Positions 1 to 8,764 of a DNA stretch of 64,000 nt are shown piece after piece. The notes below the pieces were generated by a model. That model worked only from the letters and a program-made list of their open reading frames with translations. It did no database searches and was not told where the DNA came from. The stretch is from Candidatus Obscuribacteraceae bacterium (lineage in GTDB: Bacteria > Cyanobacteriota > Vampirovibrionia > Obscuribacterales > Obscuribacteraceae), in assembly GCA_044226015.1 (NCBI GenBank), contig JBGAHS010000002.1, positions 39,029 to 103,028 on the forward strand, in the 5' to 3' direction. The position numbers and the translations under genes were made by a program. Within the stretch, counting starts at the first letter, position 1. Each line of letters begins with the position of its first letter.

Positions 1-92
1 AAGATGTGGCAGACACATTGGAGTTCCTCGTGAAAAGTAAACACATAACGGGTGAGTGCATTTTTCTTTCCGCGGGAAAACATCTGATTTAG
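1..92 (+). CDS. 3' end of a short-chain dehydrogenase/reductase-like gene (partial, begins upstream of the window)
   Basis: Reading from nt 3 gives DVADTLEFLVKSKHITGECIFLSAGKHLI followed by TAG at 90-92. This resembles the C-terminal DVA..FL.s...yITG..i.vdGG region of classical SDRs. It is absent from the ORF track because it has no start in the window. Confidence 0.4.
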   Translation, partial: DVADTLEFLVKSKHITGECIFLSAGKHLI

Positions 93-160
93 CGGACAAC
101 AGCGCAAGCTTCCCGCAATCTCCGATCAGCGCTCGCCGCAGCAATTGTCTTTAGTCTAGA

Positions 161-1267
161 TTACTTCGTCTTTTTATCTAAGCCAGAAAGCGCTTCCGAG
201 GCTGGCGTGTAATTAGGTTTCTTTTCCAGGACTTTCTTGAGCTCAGCTTTTGCTTCATCTTTACGCTGCTGATTCTCCAGAAACTTCGCGTATGCAGTGC
301 GAACGCGTTCATCATCTGGACTTACCTTCAACGCAGTCTTGTACTGTTCTTCAGCACCTGAAAGGTCGTTCTTCTTCACCAGTAGTTCTGCCAATCTGAC
401 GTAAGCCGGCATAAAGATTGGATAGTCTTTGATTGCCTTTCGCTCGCAAGCTATACCTTCATCAATTTTGCCGTCTTTCTCGGCCACTGCCCAGCCATAA
501 CCGCTCATAGCGACAGGATGTCCCTTCGCTCTTGCCAACACCGATTTGAAAGGTGGAATAGCATCAGCAGCGTTCCCTGAATCTACCAAAATATTTCCCA
601 GAGCAAGCTGCGAATCAATTTGCTCAGAGTCTTTGCTTGCAAACTGAACCGCCTGCATTGCTTCATTCAGCGCATCGCGATAGTTTCTATTCGTGGACAA
701 AAGCAAGGCCAGTTTCATATGAGCATCACAGCCTTTGGGTTTAATTTCGATGGCTTTTTTCAATTCCGCCATCGCCTCGTCTCCCTTACCAGACGCCATA
801 TATGCGATGCCGAGGTCGCGATGGGCACCATAACTTGTTGGTTTCAGTTCTACGGCTTCTTTTAGAATGGCGATAGAATCGGCGCCTTTGTTTTGATTCG
901 CGTAAATATGACCAAGAATAATGCGGGCACCGAAAGACTTAGGGTCAAGCTTAAGTGCTTGTTTTTCCTCAAGAATTGCTGTTTCGTAATCTTCCTTTTC
1001 AGCCAACGCAGCCAGAGATGCCCCTAACTGCATATGCGCTTGCGAATTATCAGGGTTTGTTCTGATGATTTCGCGCAAGAGATCTGCTGCGGCTTGCGCC
1101 TTACCACCTTGCATGAGCGCATCTGCCTTTGCCAACTGCTTGCTTGGGTCTTCCGCAGCAAAGCCACTTTGCACCGCACCAAAGCTCAGAGTCAAAACTG
1201 TCGAGAGTCCCAGGAATCTGCCAAAGTCTTTGCGCATTCGAATTTCCGCCTCTTGTTTTCCATCCAT
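161..1267 (-). CDS. secreted TPR-repeat protein
   Basis: 368-aa ORF. Signal-like N-terminus (FLGLSTVLTLSFGAVQSGFA) followed by about eight 34-residue TPR-like units, e.g. AHMQLGASLAALAEKEDYETAILEEKQALKLDP and AHRDLGIAYMASGKGDEAMAELKKAIEIKP. The start may be the internal Met at 1237. Confidence 0.8.
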   Translation of the reverse strand: MDGKQEAEIRMRKDFGRFLGLSTVLTLSFGAVQSGFAAEDPSKQLAKADALMQGGKAQAAADLLREIIRTNPDNSQAHMQLGASLAALAEKEDYETAILEEKQALKLDPKSFGARIILGHIYANQNKGADSIAILKEAVELKPTSYGAHRDLGIAYMASGKGDEAMAELKKAIEIKPKGCDAHMKLALLLSTNRNYRDALNEAMQAVQFASKDSEQIDSQLALGNILVDSGNAADAIPPFKSVLARAKGHPVAMSGYGWAVAEKDGKIDEGIACERKAIKDYPIFMPAYVRLAELLVKKNDLSGAEEQYKTALKVSPDDERVRTAYAKFLENQQRKDEAKAELKKVLEKKPNYTPASEALSGLDKKTK

Positions 1268-1313
1268 TCTTCAGCTCTTAATCAACGCCTTGACACGCTA
1301 AATTGAGCTTGCA

Positions 1314-2504
1314 GTGTGCGATACTATCAGAACTTTGCACAGCAAAGACAAACTGTCTTTCATAAAGACTAAACCCTTGCGTCCATGGCAGTTTAACGAC
1401 TCAGAGCATAGAACCTTGGCAGAACAGATAACAAACAAAAGTGCATGCATCGCAGACAATGCAGCCCAAAACGCAGAACTGCACGACAGCCCTTTCATGA
1501 AAGCATGCAGACGCGAAAAAACGCCATACACACCGATCTGGTTGATGCGGCAAGCTGGTCGTTACATGAAAGAATTTCGGGACATCCGAGCAAAAGTTAG
1601 CTTCCTAGAGCTTTGCAAAAATCCTGAGCTTTGTTGCGAAGTAACAGTATTTGCACAGGAATGCCTGGGTGTTGATGCGGCGATCATCTTCGCTGACATC
1701 TTGCTTCCACTTGATGCACTGGGTGTAGGACTCGATTATGTAAAAGGCGAAGGTCCCGTAATAGCAAGACCGTTTAGAAGCGAAGAAGACTTAAAAGCAT
1801 TACCAGATTTGAACGCAGCAGAGTCACTCGGCTACGTAATGAAGGCAATCTCTCTAACAAGAAGTGCACTAAAAAACAACATTCCTCTTTTGGGATTTGC
1901 AGCATGCCCATTTACATTGGCTTCTTACTTGATTGAGGGCGGGAGTTCACGTAATTACGAGAATGCAAAAGCTATGATGTATAGCCGCCCGGAACTCTGG
2001 AATGCTTTGATGGACAAGCTTGTACCGCTGAGCATAGACTACTTGAATGCCCAGATCGCAGCAGGTGCGCAAGCCGTGCAACTATTCGACAGCTGGGTTG
2101 GCTGCCTGTCGCCAGCTGATTATGAACGTTACGTTTTTGCACATACGAAGCGAATGATCGAAGGCATTAATCCGAATACTCCAGTAATCCACTTTGGAAC
2201 AGGCAACACAACATTGCTACCATTGATGAAGTCTGCAGGTGGCCAGGTGATCGGATTAGACTGGCGCGTAGACCTTGCTCAAACATGGAATTCACTTGGC
2301 GACGTAGCAGTTCAAGGTAATATGGACCCCTGTGTTTTGTTTTCGGGACGCGACTTCATTAAGTCAGAACTCAACAAGTTAATGAGCAGTGTTCAAGGCC
2401 GAAACGGTCATATATTCAACCTCGGGCACGGGGTTTTGCCGGGCACACCGGTTGACAATGTTAAACACCTAGTGGATCTTGTTCACGGAATCAAGGAAAA
2501 TTAA
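1314..2504 (+). CDS. hemE: uroporphyrinogen decarboxylase
   Basis: Contains PIWLMRQAGRYMKEFR, FADILLPLDALG, QLFDSWVG and NLGHGVLPGTP, all typical HemE motifs. The longest ORF starts at GTG 1314, only 46 nt from the divergent TPR gene. The true start is probably further in (TTG 1416 or ATG 1497). Confidence 0.9.
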   Translation: MCDTIRTLHSKDKLSFIKTKPLRPWQFNDSEHRTLAEQITNKSACIADNAAQNAELHDSPFMKACRREKTPYTPIWLMRQAGRYMKEFRDIRAKVSFLELCKNPELCCEVTVFAQECLGVDAAIIFADILLPLDALGVGLDYVKGEGPVIARPFRSEEDLKALPDLNAAESLGYVMKAISLTRSALKNNIPLLGFAACPFTLASYLIEGGSSRNYENAKAMMYSRPELWNALMDKLVPLSIDYLNAQIAAGAQAVQLFDSWVGCLSPADYERYVFAHTKRMIEGINPNTPVIHFGTGNTTLLPLMKSAGGQVIGLDWRVDLAQTWNSLGDVAVQGNMDPCVLFSGRDFIKSELNKLMSSVQGRNGHIFNLGHGVLPGTPVDNVKHLVDLVHGIKEN

Positions 2505-2567
2505 GTAATTGCGCGAAGCTGGTAAATTTGAAGGGTATAGATCAGAGGGTGAAAGCGGGAGTATACG

Positions 2568-4052
2568 TTGGTATTCGGCGGCGGTCTGTCAATCAAAATG
2601 ATGACTAAAGAGGAGTCTGGGGCGGACCCTCTCAGAATTACAATTATCGGTTCCGGAATGGCTGGGCTTGCTGCAGCTTACAGACTGACACGACCTGGTG
2701 TTCTCGGCAATCGCACACCACAAGTTATTTTGCTCGAACGAATTTCGCGAGCAGGCGGAGCAATCAGCACCTACGAACTTGAGGACTATACGCTCGAGTT
2801 AGGTCCCGACATGTTTCAGACAGAGAAGCCTGAAGCTATTAATCTCTGCGAAGAACTCGGACTGGCTGACGAAATCGTTTCTACCAATGAGAAAAACAGA
2901 CGAACATTCATTGCGCATGGCGGACAACTGCACGCGTTGCCACCAGGCTTTCAACTTCTGGCACCAAGCCAGATGGCACCGTTTTTCTCGACAAATTTGC
3001 TAAGCATGGCTGGCAAAATGCGCATGGCTATGGATCTTTTCATAGCTAAGAAAACGGACAATGAAGATGAGAGTCTAGCTCAGTTTGTGCGCCGCCGCTT
3101 TGGACAGGAAGCTCTTGAACGAATTGCACAGCCGATGGTGGGTGGAATTTACACCGCTGACCCAGAAAAGCTCAGCTTGAAGGCAACGATGCCTCGCTTC
3201 ATCGACCTTGAGCAAAAGCACGGAAGTGTAATTCGCGGACTCATGTCTGAAAAGAAAAGCGGAGATTCATCAGAAGCAGCTGGTTGCAGATATGGTTCGT
3301 TTGTGAGCCTGCGACGCGGATTAGGCATGCTTGTCGAACGACTTGTTGCAGCTCTGCCACCAGACTGCATCCACTACCAAAACCCTGTTGTCGCAATCGA
3401 GAAAGGAACCAACGGAAAAGCGTTTGATGTTGTGGTGGCCAGCGGAACTGTAGTTCCGAGCGACGTAGTAATTATGTCTAGCCCTTCATTTGCTAGTGCT
3501 GAGATGATAACGACTCTGGATAATGACTCAGCAATTGACTTGAGAAAAATTCAGTACGCATCGTCTGCAGTGATGAACTTGATTTACAATCGCGCAGACA
3601 TTCCACATCCACTTGACGGTTTCGGCTTTGTCGTTCCGGCAATAGAAAAGCGCACCATTATGGCGTGCAGTTTTGCAAGCGTAAAATTTCCAGGTCGCTG
3701 CCCTCCAGAGAAAGCCATTCTGCGCATTTTCGTTGGTGGCGCACTTCAACCAGACGTGTACGATCTAACTGATGAGCAAATTGAATGCTGCATGTGGGAA
3801 GATTTGCACACGTATTTAGGACTGAAATCAATTCCACTTCTTTCGCTAATAACAAGATATCCACGCTCAATGCCGCAATATCATGTTGGACACACGGCAC
3901 TGGTTGCAGGCGTTCGAAACAGATTGAAAGCACTCCCCGGACTCTATCTAGCTGGCAATGCATATGATGGGGTTGGAATTCCAGATTGCATTCGCTCTGG
4001 AGAACATGCAGCAAAGCAAGCAGTTGAACTGCTTAGCGGAACGACTGTCTGA
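2568..4052 (+). CDS. hemY: HemY-type protoporphyrinogen/coproporphyrinogen III oxidase (FAD-dependent)
   Basis: N-terminal dinucleotide fold ITIIGSGMAGLAAAYRL and C-terminal GLYLAGNAYDGVGIPDCIRSG. Lies 63 nt downstream of hemE on the same strand. Confidence 0.9.
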   Translation: MVFGGGLSIKMMTKEESGADPLRITIIGSGMAGLAAAYRLTRPGVLGNRTPQVILLERISRAGGAISTYELEDYTLELGPDMFQTEKPEAINLCEELGLADEIVSTNEKNRRTFIAHGGQLHALPPGFQLLAPSQMAPFFSTNLLSMAGKMRMAMDLFIAKKTDNEDESLAQFVRRRFGQEALERIAQPMVGGIYTADPEKLSLKATMPRFIDLEQKHGSVIRGLMSEKKSGDSSEAAGCRYGSFVSLRRGLGMLVERLVAALPPDCIHYQNPVVAIEKGTNGKAFDVVVASGTVVPSDVVIMSSPSFASAEMITTLDNDSAIDLRKIQYASSAVMNLIYNRADIPHPLDGFGFVVPAIEKRTIMACSFASVKFPGRCPPEKAILRIFVGGALQPDVYDLTDEQIECCMWEDLHTYLGLKSIPLLSLITRYPRSMPQYHVGHTALVAGVRNRLKALPGLYLAGNAYDGVGIPDCIRSGEHAAKQAVELLSGTTV

Positions 4053-4220
4053 GTCACTTATCAAACAGGCTCCTGACGATTCCAGCGCGCAAAAGCAGAT
4101 AGACAATCCGAGCGAATGTCGAGATCCACGCCGCCAGGATAGCGGAGCTTGCAAGGGCACCAAGGTGGATTCACTTTAATGATCCACTGATCTAGAGCCC
4201 CAGATCCAGCGGCAGCTGAA

Positions 4221-7200
4221 CTAAGTGTTCCAGAAGCCTCGGAAAAGGGTTTGCCAATTCTTGCGGAAATCATTTCGTGCCATTTCCATCGCTTTTTTCG
4301 GAGGAATAGTACTCGGCGACCGGCTGCGATCTCCAGCTCGATTCAATCGAACTCTATAAGAAACATCTGGAAAAATTTGATATTCAGAAACTCCGACCCA
4401 TTCGCCACCAGCATATATTTGTAGAGACAAACACAAACCTCTTGTGTCGCCATCTAGCATTTCGGACTCAACGATATAAGCAATATCATCGAGCTTCTCA
4501 GGTTCTTCCTTTGGTGTCCAAATCGGATCACTCTCTTCAAAACCGATTTTGACCTCGGCGAGATCAGCCTTCGGAAGCAGATTTTGCTGATGTGAAACTG
4601 ACTCTATCTTCTCTCCATACGCAGCCGGAACAGGCTCAGACCCTTGTGGTGCTTGTTCGTCTGGACTGAAATTCATAGCGGGCTCATCGTTTAGCTCTAG
4701 ACTTACGTCTTGCAAGTCGACAGCTTCCATTTTCGCAATAGGGTCGAGCTCGATATTTTCGCCACGCAAAAAACCATCAGGGTTCTTTTCATAGGCAGCA
4801 ATCGTCTGGGCGTTCGGCAGCTGAATCTGGTCGCCTCGCTTCAGCTGTGCCAGCGGATTACCTTTCGCATCAGTATCTAGCGGCAAATCATTTACGTAAG
4901 CAAGCAAGCGCCAGTGAGAAGGCTTGTTGTACAGTTTCTGCGCGATACTGCGCAGACCTTCGCCCAACTTAACAGCATGCATCGATGCTTTTTCTGAAGC
5001 GGCACCACCCATAGCGGCACGAACATTTGCCTTACGCTCATCGTCAGAGGCACTCTTGCTAGAAAACGACCTGGTCTTCACAGGTCCCTCATCCTTCGCT
5101 TCACGATCATTGCCGATGAATTTGCGCATGGCAGTCATTCCTGCTTCCCATGCCTTGAGTTCATCTTCAGCAGAACCGTATGGAATTTTTCCAAAATTTA
5201 TATGACCATATGAGCGCGTTGAACGCTTAAATTCATCGATAAACTTCTGGTTTGGAATAGTTATTTTCTGACCAGGAAATAGCTTGGCATACTTCTTACC
5301 CTGGTAATCATGCAGCATGATCTGTCCACTGCTCTCATTTCTTGCATAAATGATTTGGGCAGTTCTACCAGAAAATTTGCCAGCAATTGAGTCGAGTGTG
5401 TCGCCTTCAGAAACAGTGTAGCTGAACTCTGCATCCTGATACTTTTTAGACTCTTCTTCCTTCCGCTTCTTCTCTTCTTCTTCCAGCTTTCTGAGACGAT
5501 CTTTCTCCTTCTCCTCTTCGAGGCGTTCATCTTTCTCTTTTTGTTCTCTGTCTTGCTTTTCCTTGAGCTGTTGTGTCAACAGTTGCTCTTGTTGTAGCCT
5601 GAGCTCATCTTCTTTCTTTCTTCGACCTTCTTCTTCAAGCGACTGCGCAATGGGCTTTCCGTCAGGGGCTTTAAGATCACTTTGATTGCTTGACTGCAAC
5701 TCTGCTTTGACCGTAGTCTCCACAACATTCTGACGTACATTCAAAGCCGGTTCATTTCTATCAGCTGGTCTTTCAGTCAATGCTCGAGTAATTTCGCCCC
5801 TGCTGAGCGCGTCTTTCACAACTTCAGAGAAGCGCCCCTTACCTTCGGTTAACTGCTGTATAAGTTCTCGACCGCCAAGTTCTTTACCAGCTTCACGATT
5901 CGCGCCATCTTTGGCTTGAGAAAGCTGCACACCATCCTTAGTGGCAACATTTTCTTTGAGCATGCCTGCATCTTTATTTAGATTCATACCCAACTGTTCG
6001 CCAGGACGTCCGTCAAGACGTGCGGTCAAACCACGCTCACTCAGCGTGCTTAGGAAGTCTTTGTTTTGCATTCTCAGAGCCAGCTCTGCTCCAAGTGTGC
6101 CAAGTTCTTTAGGGCTCAAGCGGAATTCAGCGGCGCCCTTTTCTCCGAGAGAACGATTGAGAATACTCATCAGCTCTCTGCCGGGTTCTCGCCCTCCAGC
6201 TAGCTGCGTTTCTTTTAGACCTTTTAGAAGATCTTGCAAAATAAATTTGCTTTGCTCTCCAGTCGGAATCTTATCTACATACCTGCCCTTCTCGCCAAGT
6301 AGATCTAGAACTCGACCAGACACACGGTCACTAGTTTGCAAAAGCTCAAATGCGTTTGATAGGCGTTGTTGAGTTTTGATATCTAAAGACTTGACATCGA
6401 GAGGAAAGCGCCCGCCATCCTGAGACCAACTCTTAAGCGCGCTTAACTGCTCTGGTTTGAGTCCCTTAAAGAGATCAGCAAGTGCAGCATCCTTCCCAGC
6501 TAGCTGCTTTCCTTCCTGAAACTTTGCGATGAGGTCAGCAAACTGCTGTCTCATCTCAGGTGAGCGCCCCATGCCCTGCAGCTGTGCAATTAGCTTACCA
6601 TCGACTTGCATAGATGCCGCTTCAGTTCTAACAGCAGCAGCCTTGTCTCGCATTTCGCCCTGAATAAAATCCTGCTTGCCAGCAGGATTTCGCCCTGCCG
6701 CATCTAAGATTCCCGCATCTTTGCCACCGTCACGAGGCTGGTGCGGACCTCCATCGCTGTGGTCCCCTCGTCCTTCAGGTCTAACACTCGAGCCGGGATT
6801 CTTAGGTGAGCCATCCGCGTTGTAGGCTACCTCGCCCCGCAAAGTGCCGGGCCCGCGCCCTGCATCATTGCTGGCATCAGGTCTACCAGGATGCGGATTG
6901 TATGGTCTCTCTCCCTGCGGCACCGAAAAATCATTTGCGGTTATTGGCTTAGAGGCTAAATCTGGACGAGCTTGATTCGGTTGAATTTGATTTCCATCGT
7001 TGTTACGAGGAATGCCATCATGCGGTCTACCATCGTGAGGACGCGGGTTGCCGTCCCCAGGCGTGCCATCTGCTCGCGGCACACGAGGCGCTATGCCACC
7101 AGGGGTAGCATCAGCTGTGGCGTGTTGATTGTGCGGAGCTTCCGCAGTAACCTGAGTAGCAGCAGCATCGTTATGTGCTGCATTAGCCACACTAGCATCT

Positions 7201-7850
7201 TTCATCGCAATGGTATTTAGAGCCGCAGGACGTTCACCCTGCACGGGAGCATCTGGCTTAGCAACGGCAGGACGATTCTCCAGAACTGGCGTTACTGTGC
7301 TACTGGTGTTTACCAATCCGCCTCGTTCCGAACCTCCCCTATCGACGGGCACCGGACGCGCACGTTCAGTTAGACTTTCAGACCCTCCAGGAGGAGCGGT
7401 GAGATTAGTGTTTCTTGGAGCAATACTTTCAACAACGTTGCCATTTTCGACTTTATTAAGGCTGGAAATTTTTCCGTCCTTATACTCAACGTTGTAGCTC
7501 GAAAAAGTTCCGCTTTTGTCAGCGATGAATGCAGTGGTCTGTCCTTCATGCGAACTAAGATAGCCCGAGTATTGTTTTCCCGAACTATCCTGAAACTTCA
7601 AAGCCTGACCATAGCCCTGTGATTCAGTAGATTGTTTGTAGGAAAGTAATGCAGTGTTGCGATCAGAGAACGATGACGGCGGCGCATCATTGGCTTTCTG
7701 GGAAAGTTCGATAGGACTGATTTGCTTGGCTTCGGATGGCTGAGCAGCCTGGTCATTCAGCGGCTTGCCGTCCAAACCCACGCGAGCCCGGCCCATATCA
7801 TCGACTTTTGGTTCCTGATCTGGTCTAACTTTACTGGGATCCCCTTCCAT
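4221..7850 (-). CDS. 1209-aa, largely disordered protein with two LysM domains and an E/K-rich coiled coil
   Basis: Single uninterrupted ORF. LysM-like segments YTVSEGDTLDSIAGKFSG...LFPGQKITIP (about 5255-5420) and HAVKLGEGLRSIAQKLYNK...LKRGDQIQLP (about 4816-4980). Long P/G/D/R-rich N-terminal half and an EEEKEKDRLRKLEEEEKKRKEEE stretch. No recognisable signal peptide or TM segment. Confidence 0.8.
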   Translation of the reverse strand: MEGDPSKVRPDQEPKVDDMGRARVGLDGKPLNDQAAQPSEAKQISPIELSQKANDAPPSSFSDRNTALLSYKQSTESQGYGQALKFQDSSGKQYSGYLSSHEGQTTAFIADKSGTFSSYNVEYKDGKISSLNKVENGNVVESIAPRNTNLTAPPGGSESLTERARPVPVDRGGSERGGLVNTSSTVTPVLENRPAVAKPDAPVQGERPAALNTIAMKDASVANAAHNDAAATQVTAEAPHNQHATADATPGGIAPRVPRADGTPGDGNPRPHDGRPHDGIPRNNDGNQIQPNQARPDLASKPITANDFSVPQGERPYNPHPGRPDASNDAGRGPGTLRGEVAYNADGSPKNPGSSVRPEGRGDHSDGGPHQPRDGGKDAGILDAAGRNPAGKQDFIQGEMRDKAAAVRTEAASMQVDGKLIAQLQGMGRSPEMRQQFADLIAKFQEGKQLAGKDAALADLFKGLKPEQLSALKSWSQDGGRFPLDVKSLDIKTQQRLSNAFELLQTSDRVSGRVLDLLGEKGRYVDKIPTGEQSKFILQDLLKGLKETQLAGGREPGRELMSILNRSLGEKGAAEFRLSPKELGTLGAELALRMQNKDFLSTLSERGLTARLDGRPGEQLGMNLNKDAGMLKENVATKDGVQLSQAKDGANREAGKELGGRELIQQLTEGKGRFSEVVKDALSRGEITRALTERPADRNEPALNVRQNVVETTVKAELQSSNQSDLKAPDGKPIAQSLEEEGRRKKEDELRLQQEQLLTQQLKEKQDREQKEKDERLEEEKEKDRLRKLEEEEKKRKEEESKKYQDAEFSYTVSEGDTLDSIAGKFSGRTAQIIYARNESSGQIMLHDYQGKKYAKLFPGQKITIPNQKFIDEFKRSTRSYGHINFGKIPYGSAEDELKAWEAGMTAMRKFIGNDREAKDEGPVKTRSFSSKSASDDERKANVRAAMGGAASEKASMHAVKLGEGLRSIAQKLYNKPSHWRLLAYVNDLPLDTDAKGNPLAQLKRGDQIQLPNAQTIAAYEKNPDGFLRGENIELDPIAKMEAVDLQDVSLELNDEPAMNFSPDEQAPQGSEPVPAAYGEKIESVSHQQNLLPKADLAEVKIGFEESDPIWTPKEEPEKLDDIAYIVESEMLDGDTRGLCLSLQIYAGGEWVGVSEYQIFPDVSYRVRLNRAGDRSRSPSTIPPKKAMEMARNDFRKNWQTLFRGFWNT

Positions 7851-8087
7851 GGTCGGCGCCTCGTGACGTGCTCTATCCTATAACTCAGTTCTAAAATACT
7901 AGCCAAACAATCAATTTACGAGGGCTTTGCCCTTAAACAGCCTACAAAGTGGCAAAATTAACAGACAGCTAGCGGCATTGAAATCTAAAACAGCATTATT
8001 ACCTTGTCATTCCCCTAATGCACCCGTTTTTTCACCCTCCAGGGATTTCACAATGGAATTAATCATCTAATTTCAAGCTATAGAAAG

Positions 8088-8717
8088 TTGACCCTTCTGT
8101 ACGCATATGCTAAGACCTTATTACGTTTCGAAGCAAAGAAAGTAGCGCCCATGACCGTTCAAAATTCCAGCTCTGATGATGAAGAACTCGAAGACGAAGT
8201 CGATGATGACGACGACGACGAGGAAGATGAGCTTGTCAGACATTCTGGCAAACGCCAAATTCAGAAGTATTCGGTAAAAAATGGACACCTATTTCTTGAG
8301 ATAGACGGTGGACTCCCAGTAATAGACTTGCGGGCAGACGGAACAATCGTAGCTCAAGCCAATGAAACCGAAAACATTGGCGAAATCGAAGAGATTCGCG
8401 AAGGCGTTGACAGGCTCGGGCGACGCCTCAGTCATTCAGGAGCGGCGCTTCGCGTATCCAATGCTAAATACAAGGGACATCAGCTTTATGAGATGTACAG
8501 GCGAGACCCCGAAACGGGCGGGCGCTTTGCTGCGTGGTTTGATGAAAGCGGACAGGCACAATTTCTCTATTTCAATGACGTTTTGCTTATGGTAAAGCAA
8601 GTGGAAGCGGTTCTGATGAAACTTGCTCACCTGGCAAATCCAGATCTCTCAACTTTCGAGGAACTTGCTTCCCGTCCCGCCCACGAAGAAGAAGCATGGA
8701 TTAGAGCTAATAGTTGA
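8088..8717 (+). CDS. hypothetical acidic protein
   Basis: 209-aa ORF with a D/E run (SSSDDEELEDEVDDDDDDEEDE). No recognisable domain. The ATG at 8151 (MTVQNSSS) is a more likely start than TTG 8088. Confidence 0.55.
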   Translation: MTLLYAYAKTLLRFEAKKVAPMTVQNSSSDDEELEDEVDDDDDDEEDELVRHSGKRQIQKYSVKNGHLFLEIDGGLPVIDLRADGTIVAQANETENIGEIEEIREGVDRLGRRLSHSGAALRVSNAKYKGHQLYEMYRRDPETGGRFAAWFDESGQAQFLYFNDVLLMVKQVEAVLMKLAHLANPDLSTFEELASRPAHEEEAWIRANS

Positions 8718-8764
8718 AGAGGTAGATGAGTTTGAAGAGTCGAAACCGCAAACAAACAAATTGA

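Noticed and set aside
4924-7497. Several 80-143-aa plus-strand ORFs (4924-5205, 5941-6372, 6972-7220, 7210-7497) and a minus-strand alternative frame (5261-5530) inside the LysM giant gene
   Set aside because: They lie entirely within or antisense to a 3.6-kb uninterrupted ORF. They have S/R/P/L-rich composition typical of shadow frames and no SD-like starts.
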